A stretch of DNA of 64,000 nt from Mobula hypostoma. Its lineage: Eukaryota. The stretch is taken from the NCBI RefSeq assembly GCF_963921235.1, contig NC_086108.1:67768001-67832000 (forward strand), read 5' to 3'. Under the pieces are notes generated by a model. The model did no database searches and was not told where the DNA came from. It saw only the letters and a program-made list of their open reading frames with translations. The position numbers and the translations under genes are program-made. Shown here one piece after another: positions 54,698 through 64,000 of the stretch. Position 1 is the stretch's first letter. Every line of letters starts with the position of its first letter.

Positions 54698-55414
54698 AGC
54701 TTCAGTTGCTGGATTGTTCCTGTTCATACCCTCTGTCTGAATCTCTTCTCAGCCCCTTCCTCCTAAAGCCTTGCCTTGCCTTGTCTTGCCTAGCCTCACC
54801 TGTAACCCTTGCCTGCAACCTTTGTCTGCACTGCAGTCAAGTTCAGCTGCTGGAGCAAGATAAGAAACTAAATATCGTTGTTTTGAACTGTCTCTGTCCA
54901 CACCTTTGCTAGGTAGGTCCGGTCATTTGCTGCTACCTAGTGTTGGAATCCATCTCTGTGTCCACATCTTCACTAAGTAGGTCTGGCCGTTTGCCGCTAC
55001 CTAGTGTTGGGATCCATCTCTGTGTCCACGTTTTCGTTAGATAGGTCCGGCTGTTTGCCGCTACCTTGAGTGAAAACTGTCTGTGTTCTGAGTACAAGTC
55101 CTGGCCCTATGTCTTGCTCCCTGGGGGGGGGGGGGGTCCTGACTCTGTGTAGAGCTCCAGCCCCAAGTCCTGTTCCCAAGGAGGGGTCCTGGCTCTGTGT
55201 TCCATGTCCCTGTGTTCCTGTCTCTCCCAAGACCAAGGCTCTGTGTTCTGCGTTCCTGTTGTCCTCGTCCAAGGCTCCGCGCGTCCAGTCCTCGTCCAAG
55301 GCTCTGAGGTTCCTGTCTCCCAAGACTACGTCATGTCTTTGCTCAGTTCCGGAGTCTGAGCCCGAGTCAAGACCCAGGTTCTGGGTCCTTGTCCAGTCTC
55401 TGGCTCGGAGTCTG

Positions 55415-55520
55415 AACCCAAGCCTCGTCATGTCCTCGCCTCGAGGAACCCAAGCCTCGTCATGTCCTCGCCTCGAGGAACCCAAGACTCGTCATGTCCT
55501 CGCCTCGAGGAACCCAAGCC
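55415..55520 (+). repeat. ~32-bp tandem repeat (about 3 copies) inside the LTR
   Basis: AACCCAAGCCTCGTCATGTCCTCGCCTCGAGG repeated. Confidence 0.85.
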
Positions 55521-55795
55521 ATGTCCAGTCCTGTAGCCACGTCATGTCCTCGTCTAGTTCTGGGGTCTGAGCCTGAGTCAAGACCCAGGTTCTGGGTCTT
55601 TGTCCAGTCCCTAGCTCGGAGTCCAAGCCCAGGCTCCTAGTTCCCAGTTCCTTGTCCTGGTCCCACTGCCTAGCCAATGTCCTAGCGCAAGTCTGTGTTC
55701 TTGTCCCAGCTCTCTAGTCAAGTCCTGTTCCTAGTACTTCAGTGCCTGTGTCTTGCATTTGGGTTTGCCACCAGCGCCCCCCATATGACACTATG

Positions 55796-56820
55796 AAATA
55801 TTGAGCTGCTAATCCTGCCCCCTCCTGCAAACAAGTGCCACTAATGGCTACAATATCATAATTCTATGTGTCGATCCATGCCCTAAGTTCACTCGCTTTT
55901 CCTACAGTAATTCTTATAATGAAATTTATGCAGCTTAGAACATCAGTCCCACCATTATCAACCTTTTGATTCCTGACTTTGTAAGTAGGTTTAACAACAT
56001 TTCTTCACAACTACTGCACTATCTGGTCTTGACCTCTGGTTCCCATACCCCTGCAACTCTAGGTTAACACCCCCCCCCCCCACCCCACCCACCCCCGTGC
56101 AGCAGCAGCAAATCTTCCCATTAGGATATTAGTCCCGTCCTGTTCAGGTGCAAGCTATCTCCCCTGTGCAAGTCCCACCTTCTCTGGAAGAGGGCCCAGT
56201 GATCCAAAAATCGAAAGCCCTCCTGCCTGTACCAACTACTTAGCTATGTGTTAAACTCTATGATCTTCCTTCTGGCTTCACTAGCACATGGCTCAGCAAT
56301 TCTGAGACCTCAAACCTGGACATCCTGTCCTTTATCTTAGCTTACTTTCTTCCCTGAACTTACTTCTCAGGACTTTGTCACCCATCCTACCTATGTTATT
56401 AGTCCCAATGTGGACCATGACTTCTGGCTGTTCACCCTCCCACTTAAGAATGCTGTGGACTCAATCCGAGATTTTTCTGACCTTGGCACTGGGGAGGCAA
56501 CAAACTGTGCGGGAATCCCGTCCTTGTCCAGAGAACCTCCATTCTGTTCTGCAAACCAATGAATCCCCTATCACAACAGCTTGCGTCTTCTCCCCACTTC
56601 TCTTCTGAGCCACCGAGCCAGACTCGATGCCTGAGACCTGACAGCTGCAGCTTCTCTCTGGTAGGTCATTTCCCCCAACAATATTCCAAGTAGTATGCTT
56701 ATTATTGAGGGGAGTGGCCAAGGGGTTGTCTAATCCCTTTCCCTCTCCTGACTGTCTCCCAGGTACCTACCTCCTGCATCTTAGGGATGACTACCTTGTG
56801 TATTTTCCTATCTGTCACCT
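55796..56820 (-). mobile_element. Degenerate CR1, ORF2 N-terminus and ORF1 esterase
   Basis: AVVIGDSLVCRT..RTVCCLPSAKVRKISD, homologous to ORF1 at 17252-18088. Confidence 0.85.
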
Positions 56821-57179
56821 CCTGATTCTCCTGTGTGAGTCAATGATAGCATATGGGGTTGGAGGCTGTGGAGGGGAGATCTCCTGATGTGATGAGGTTT
56901 GTAATGGTTTGGGAAACAGTGGTCTGGTGTTCATTCGTAGGGTCATGATCCAGGGGTAGGCATTGTTATCAGAAAGAGAGCAAGCGTTTAAACTGGCTAA
57001 GCAAATAGTAGCTTCTTTAACATAAACCTTTTTGGCTGACATTTTAAATAACACAAGCATGAAGGAGAGAGCAGGAGAACATCATTCAATATGATCTGAT
57101 CAACGCGCACATCCAAGCAGTGTGAAACTAATTCAGAAGAGGAGATAACAGGGTGGAACACATTAACTATATGTAGTCA

Positions 57180-59171
57180 TAGAGACATAGATCCTTCTTA
57201 TCCATGTACCTATTCAAATGTCTTTTACATGTCTTAGTTGTACCTATATCTACCATATAGTATCCACTGCTACCAGCTCATTCCTTATACACATCACCAT
57301 TTGTGTGTAAGATCTTTCCTCTCTCGCTTTAGAATAATGTTCTCTAGTTTTAGACTCCCCTACCTTGGGGAAATACCACAGCTATTCACCTTTTTCTATG
57401 CCCCTCATGATTTTATAAGCTCCTGTAAGGCCACCCCTAAACTGCCTATGCTCCAGGGCATAGAACAACTTCTTACCTTAAGCAACTTCCCTTTTGATTG
57501 CTTTCACTTTCTAAAAATCAAAGTTGTCACCATAGGCATTTATGAGCCTAACTATGGCCATGTTCCAACCCTACTTTGACACCACTACCCAACTCTGTCT
57601 CCACGATATCAATGCCTGTACTCCTAGCCTGCCTGCCTTTCCTTATATCTCAAACCTTCTCGTCATGGTAACATCCTTAAAAATCTGTTCTACGCTCTTT
57701 CCATCTTAATGACTTCCTTCTTATATCGGTGTGACCAGAACTGTACACAGTACAATGTACATGCAACCCCAGTTTTCTCTGTTCTGCAACATTTCCCAGG
57801 CTCCAACAATTTACTATGTAAGATCTGCCCTCTATTGTCTGACCAAAATGTAAAACTACACATTTATCCAAATTAAACTCCATCTGCCTTTCTTCAGTCC
57901 CTTAACCTAGTTGATCAAAAACACAAGAGATTCTGCAGATGCTGGAAATCCAGTGTAACATGTAAAAGATGCAGGAGGAACTCAGCAGGCCAGGTGGCAT
58001 CTATGGAGAGGAATAAAGAGCCAATATTTCAGGCCAAGACCATTCATCAGCACACTGTCTCAGCTCAAAATGTCTGACCTGTTATGTTCTTCCAGCACTG
58101 TGTGTGTGTTACCCCAGTTGATTGAGGTTCCAATGGTAATCATTGCTCACCTACCTCACTATCACGATAACACTTCGTCCAGTAACCATTATTGACACCA
58201 TTACTAATTAAGAACCAATAAATCTCTGCTTTAAATATACCAAATGACTTGGCCTCCACAGCAATCCATGCCAATGAATTCCATAGATTTACCACCCTCT
58301 AGCTAAAGAAATTCCTCCTTATCTCTATCCTAAAGGAACACCCTTCTACTCTGAGGTTGCACCCTCTTAGTCCAAGACTCTCCCTATAGAAACATCCTCT
58401 CCACATCCACTCTCTCTAGGCCTTTCAATATTCCAACCGTTTCGATGAGATCCCCCCACCCACCATTCTCTAAAATCCAGTGAGTATAACCCAGACCCAT
58501 CAAATGCTTCTCACATCTTAACCCTTTCAGTCCCAGGATCATTCTCGTGAACCTCCTCTGGACCCACTACAAAGCCAGCACATCCTTTCATAGATAAGGA
58601 ACCCAAAACTGCTCATCATATTTTAGGTGTGGTCTGACCAATACCTTATAAAATCTTAGCATTACATCCTTGCTTTTATATTCTAGTCCTCTCAAAATGA
58701 ATGCAAGCATTGCATTTGCTTTCCTTACTACTGACTCAACCTGCAAGTTAACCTTTAGGGAATCCTGCACGAGGTCTCACACGTCCCTTTGCAGATCTGA
58801 TTTTCTGAATTTCCTCTCCACTTAGAAAAGAATCGATGCCTTTATTTCTTCTACTGAAGTCCATGGCCATACACTTCCCTGCACTGTATTTCATCTGCCT
58901 TTTCTTTGCCCATTCTCTTAATCTGTACACATCCTTCTCAAAAATCCCTCAAAACTACCTGCCTCTCCACCTATCTTCATATCATCTACTACCTTAGTCA
59001 CAAAACCACCAATTCCATCATCCAGATCATGGATTATACCACCAAACTTAGTGTCAACTGCAAACTTACTAAGTAATACCATTCTCAATCCAATTGGTCG
59101 TATAAATAAACAACAGTGGACTAATTACCGATCCCTGCAGCATACCACTGCTTATAGGCCACCTGCCTAAT
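57180..59171 (-). mobile_element. Degenerate CR1 fragments with an intervening Penelope hairpin repeat (~57920-58110)
   Basis: MEFNLDKCVVLHFG, KANAMLAFILRGLEYKS, LVRPHLKY. Confidence 0.75.
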
Positions 59172-61554
59172 TAGTCAGTGAGCCAGGACCCCAAATTTGG
59201 GCCACCAGTACCACCTGGGGGGAATAATTCTTATAGTGATTTTTGGCAAGGTGTACATCCCTAGTGCTAAAAAATGTGATAGCATTGCAGCGGTGGTAGC
59301 TTTCCCCTTTGGGCAGATCCCTGTGGACCAGGCTATTGAAGCCACAGTGAACAAAGACACACAGACTCCTGGAGGCACATCACGGTTCAGCCTGAATGCT
59401 GGAGCTATCAAGCGTTACTACATAACAGCTGAGCACCACAGTGCATTCCTGGGACAGTTAAAGGAGATGGTGCAAGGCAACAAATCAGAGCTTTGTCATA
59501 TGGAGCTACAGCAGCCAAGAATCCAGAAAGATGAAGAAGCAGTTCAGCAATGATATGTATAAGAAGAGAGAAGTGAAATCAAATGGGAGGGTGATCATCT
59601 TGAAAGCAGACAGGTCTTTGTTTGAACGCATCATAGTGATGGCACAAGGGTGCAGTCTACGTATGGAGCATATCCTTTCTCATCTCCTTGGACCATTGCC
59701 CTGGGCCCTGTCCACACCAGAAGGATTGCTGAGAAAGACAAATAAAGCTACCTTAGCCACAACCTTGCAGAAAAATGTAGTAGTAGAAGAGCAACTCCCA
59801 GGAAACTCTGCTACAGTGGTTGATGGAATGAACTTGGTCCAAAGGGTGAAAGGTGATCAAGTTACTTTCAGAGATACTGCCACAACAATTCTGGGTATGG
59901 CTCTGAGGGAAGGCAGTCAGAGTAGCAGAACAGATGTTGTGTTTAACACATACAAGGAGAACTCTATCAAGAATAGTGAAAGATCTCTATGGGGTGAAGA
60001 GACTGGTCATGAGTTGCAAGGTATCACAGACAAACAGATAATGAGGCAGTGGAGGAGCTTCCTGACCAAAGTCAGTAACAAAAATAGTCTCATTGGCTTC
60101 ATAGTCCATGAATGGAGGAAGGCGGAGTACAGAGCAAAGCTACAGGAGAAGATTCTGTATACAACTGTGAATGACAAATGTTACAGAATCAAATCTCAAG
60201 ACAGTGAGGAGGTGTCAGCTCTTCAGTGTCAACAAGAAGCGGATGGCTGCCTACTTCTCCATGCTGCCCATGCCACAAGAGAGGGATACCAATCTGTAGT
60301 GATCTGCTCAGAAGACACAGATGTCTTTATCATGTCTTTAGCATTTTGTGACAAGATTGAGGCCCCATTGTTCCAGAAGTTTGGCACTAGAACCCGTACA
60401 AGGCTTGTAGACATCAGGAAGGTTGCTGCCACTGTTGGCATAGAGGTTTGAAGGGCTCTCATCGAGTTGCACGCATATACAGGATGTGACACTGTAAGCA
60501 CTTTTGCAGGCAAAGAGAAGCCAAGTGCCCTAAAACTTCTGACCAGCAACAGGGAAACTCAGGACACATTCTTAGAGTTCGGTCAGGAATGGGACCTCTC
60601 TCCAGAACTGATGGACAATCCGGAGGCATTTACATGTCTCCTATATGCCCCAAAAGCATCGACCACCAAGGTTAATGAGCTCATGTATCACCTTTTCTGT
60701 GCCAAAAAAGGTGAAATCGAAAGTCATCAACTCCCATCATGCAAGGACTGCTTAACAAAACATGTACAGCGAGCCAACTACCATGCTGGTATGCGGAGAC
60801 TATGTTTGGAGAAGGACCCCCAAGTGCCAAGCCCTGTTGGCAGAGGATGGAAGATGGAGAGAGAAGAGGAAGCTGAACAGTTGGTGGTGCACTGGATGGA
60901 AGGCCAGCCAGCACCTGATGCTGTCCTGGATCTACTGGCCTGTAACTGTCCAAAAAAATGTTCACTCCCAAGATGTATGTGTGTTGCAAATGGCCTCAGG
61001 TGTACTGACATGTGTAGACTAGCAGACTGTGAGAACCAGGCATCCACCTAAGAGAGTGTGGAAAGTTCAGATGAAGATGTGGAAGACTTGGAAAATTATT
61101 ATGATTATTTCTAGGTTATGAAAGTACAAAAAACAAAGTATGGAAAGCAGTCTTTGATTAAATATATTCATTTTTCAACCAAATGGGGTCTAGGTTATGG
61201 CCATGTGGAACCCTACATTTGAGTTATTGTACTGTAACTCTATGCTATGACAAAAGCTTAAGATGGTTTTGATTTGATACAACAATATGGAAAATATCAT
61301 GACATTGATAAAACTCCAGAAATTTCCCCAGATGAGGTTTTTCACCTTTTGGGGGGTGGGGTAACATTTTCTGCTGTATTGATGTTAATATGGACTATAT
61401 ACCAAAGGTGATTTCTTATTTGAAGTAATAAAGCTACCACTGGTGCAATGCTATCACATATTTTCTAACTCTAGAGATGTATACCTTGCCAAAAATCACT
61501 ATGAGCATTATTCCCCTCAGGTGGTACCGACCAACCCTACTGGCTCACGGACTA
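59172..61554 (+). mobile_element. Academ-type (XPG-encoding) DNA transposon, internally deleted
   Basis: TAG...CTA termini; imperfect TIRs 59172-59303 and 61430-61554; 3-bp TSD AAT; XPG/FEN1-like and Cys8 coding remnants. Confidence 0.85.
59304..61051 (+). pseudogene. C-terminal part of Academ transposase: XPG/FEN1-like nuclease + Cys8 finger
   Basis: QEADGCLLLHAAHA, SEDTDVF, HAYTGCDTVSTF, LPSC..HVQRANY, CNCPKKCSLPRCMCVANGLRCTDMCRLADC; frame change near 59550 and in-frame TGA at 60449-60451. Confidence 0.85.
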
Positions 61555-61679
61555 AATAGACAATCTTTTCGCACCACCCTCTTCTCTTATTGACAAGCCA
61601 ATTTTGTATCCAAAGGCTAGCTCTCTACAGACCCATCTGATTGAACCTTCAACCTACCATGGGTATATTGCTTAGCGAT

Positions 61680-62205
61680 ATGTTTATATGTTAATTTTTG
61701 TGCAAGGGAGGGATTGGGGTTTTGGGGTCTGAAGTTCCTGTTGGTGTTCTTCTGTTAGTTTTTGTGTGTGTGAGAGGGGTTGATGCTATTGTTGTTGTTA
61801 GTTTTTTGCAATGAAGAGGGCCAGGGGTTTGATGTTATTGTCGCTGTATTTTTGCAAGGGAGAGGATTGGGGGTTTTGGGTCTTTAATGTTCTAGCTGCC
61901 ATTTGCCGTGTGGGTGATCTGTTAGCTTTTGTGTGTGGGAGGAGTTTGGGGGCTTGGGGGTTTGATGTTCTAGCTGCTGTTTTCTATGTGGATGATCTGT
62001 TAGTTTTTGTGTGAGAGAGGGGGTGGGGGGTCTGGCTTTTGTTTTGTTTGTTTTTCATACGAGGGGAGGTGTTGATGTCTTTTCTTTCAACAACTCCCAT
62101 GGTAGTCTGTATTTCATGGCTACCTGGAGAAGTCGAATATCAGAGTTGTATTGTACCTGCATACTTTGACAATAAAATGAACCTTTGAACCATTGAACCT
62201 TTGTC
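61680..62205 (+). repeat. GT-rich internally repetitive retroposon 3' end
   Basis: Recurrent GTTAGTTTTTGTG..GGGG units; AATAAA followed by (TGAACCTT)-like repeat tail. Confidence 0.5.
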
Positions 62206-62689
62206 AAAGAAGAAAATGGTTATCTAGATATTGCTGACATTCCCAGAATTCTAATGAATATATCTGTGTGATTGAGTTCATTACAAAACAAGGAACATTG
62301 TTGGAAAACGGAATTGGCTCTGCAGTAATTATGATGCATCAATTGCAGTTTTAATGCCTTTTTTACAGATGGTGCTCTGCCTTCTTTCATGCCTACCAGT
62401 AGAAAGGATCAAGGCAATAGGTATAGCTGAATTCAGAATAGGAAGAGATCAAATAGAAGCAGAACTACCCATTCTGAATTTTCTCAGTCAAGTAGTGAAC
62501 ATGATAGGCTTTCAAATAAAAGAAAGATTGAGGAGGTATCAAGAGCTGGTAGAGAATGTATTTACCTGGAAGCTTTTTCCAGCAGCTGAAGGACATTGGA
62601 AGGGACATAGGCAATGTCAAGAATATCACAAGAACCCACTTCTCATTTCTTGTCCCATATTGAATCAACTTTGGTCAGGGATAAGCTCA

Positions 62690-63870
62690 AGTGGGATGAG
62701 AATGTAGGGGGAATGATTAGTAAGTTTGCAGATAACACGAATGATGGAAATGTAGATAACAAAGAAGTTATCTTTTTTAAAGATACAACAGGGTATCGAC
62801 CAGCTGGAGAGTTGAGTGAAGCAGAGGCAGGTGGAATTTAATCCTGACAAGTATGAGGAAATACAAATTTGAAGGTCAAATTCTGTTGGGACATAAGGAA
62901 TCTTAAGAATAGTCATGTACTGAAACATTGTAGAACGCAGTCTGCAATTCCTTGAAAAAAGCAACTCAAATGGATAGCGTTATGAAAAAAAAACAGTTGA
63001 TGGGTCACGTTGTGGCACATTATGGCAATTCAGCAAACCATTGACTAGATCACACAGAGAATTGTGTACAAATCTGATTGCTACACTACAGGAAGAATGT
63101 GATAACAATTGAAAGGATACAGTTGAGCTTCACTGAGATTTTGTTTGAAATAGAGGGCAGCAGTTGTACAGATTGGATAGGCTAGGCTTATTCTCACTGC
63201 AATGCAGAAGTCTAAGGAATATAGAGGCTTACAAAATTATGAGGAGCATAGATAGGGTAGATTGACATTATCTTATTCCCGGGGCAGGGGTATCAACAAC
63301 TAGAAGGCACAAGCTTAAGTTGAAAGGGGAGATTCTCAGGGTATGTTTTTCTCTACAGAGGGTGGTGAGTATTTGGAATATTTGTAATCAGCTCCCACAG
63401 GAGAGAGTGGGGGCACATACTATTAGGCATTTGCACATTGTGTTTGATGGCTCTGGGTATGTACTTGCTGAAGTTAAGAAGAATGAGGGGGGATTTCATT
63501 GAAACCAATCAAGTATTGAATGGCCTAGATGGAGAGGAAGTGGAGAGAATGGTTTCTATAGTGGGGGAGTCTAGGGCCAGAGGGCACAGCCTCAGAATAC
63601 AAGGAAGTTCATATAGAACTGAGATGAGGAGGAATTTCTTGAGCCAGAGAGTGGTGAATCTGTGAAATACATTGCCACAGAAGGTTGTGGTGGCCAAGAC
63701 ATTGGGTATATTTAAAGTGGAGGTTGACAGATTCTTAATTAGTAAGGGTGTCAAAGGTTACAGGGAGAAGGCAGGAGAATGGGCATGAGAGGGTTAATAA
63801 ATCAGTCATGATGAAATGGCAGAGCAGACTCAATAGGCTTAATTCTGCTCCTATGCCTTACAGTCTAAGG
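62690..63870 (+). mobile_element. Degenerate CR1 fragments
   Basis: ISKFADNT, RRMRGDFIET, RARGHSLRI, RRNFLSQRVVNL and 3' UTR. Confidence 0.8.
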
Positions 63871-64000
63871 TACTTTTGTTAGGAAGGGAGTAGAATGGCA
63901 TGATTCCAATGCAGGCAAATGGGATTAGCATAGATAGACCTGAGCAAGCTGATTATTGGGATGCACTTTGAATGCACTGGACTAATTTCATTCATTGTTC

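Larger units (their letters stand above)
52584..55790 (+). mobile_element. Solo LTR-like element with 5-bp TSD CTATG, carrying a LINE insertion
   Basis: Termini TGTCAT...ATGACA; CTATG at 52579-52583 and 55791-55795; flanks join as continuous CR1 sequence. Confidence 0.85.

Noticed and set aside
54997..55677. ORFs of 162-166 aa within the LTR
   Set aside because: Derived from internal tandem repeats; no gag or env features
59531..61051. Host FEN1/XPG or tesmin gene
   Set aside because: Intronless, disrupted and enclosed by TIRs and a TSD, so it is transposon-derived

Overview
AT-rich eukaryotic DNA dominated by transposable elements. The repeat inventory (abundant CR1, Rex1/Babar, RTE, HE1-like V-SINEs, Penelope-derived hairpin repeats) suggests a cartilaginous fish intron or intergenic region; this is an inference, and no host gene is confidently identified. 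Main elements: (1) a young, 5'-truncated CR1 LINE (14122-18090, minus). Its ORF2 has no AUG ahead of the endonuclease and overlaps ORF1 at a U_UUA_AAC heptamer in -1 frameshift register; one TAG interrupts ORF2. (2) An internally deleted Academ-type (XPG nuclease + Cys8) DNA transposon with ~130-bp TIRs and an AAT target duplication (59172-61554). (3) A three-level nest: CR1 > solo LTR (CTATG TSD) > Nimb/I-like LINE (15-bp TSD) whose ORF2 is replaced by an unrelated coiled-coil segment. (4) Short RTE-derived elements with a covarying HDV-like pseudoknot at their 5' ends. (5) Penelope, Harbinger and Tc1 relics, two more solo LTRs and a G-rich minisatellite. Family names come from motif recognition by eye, not database searches. 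Boundaries of degenerate fragments are approximate.
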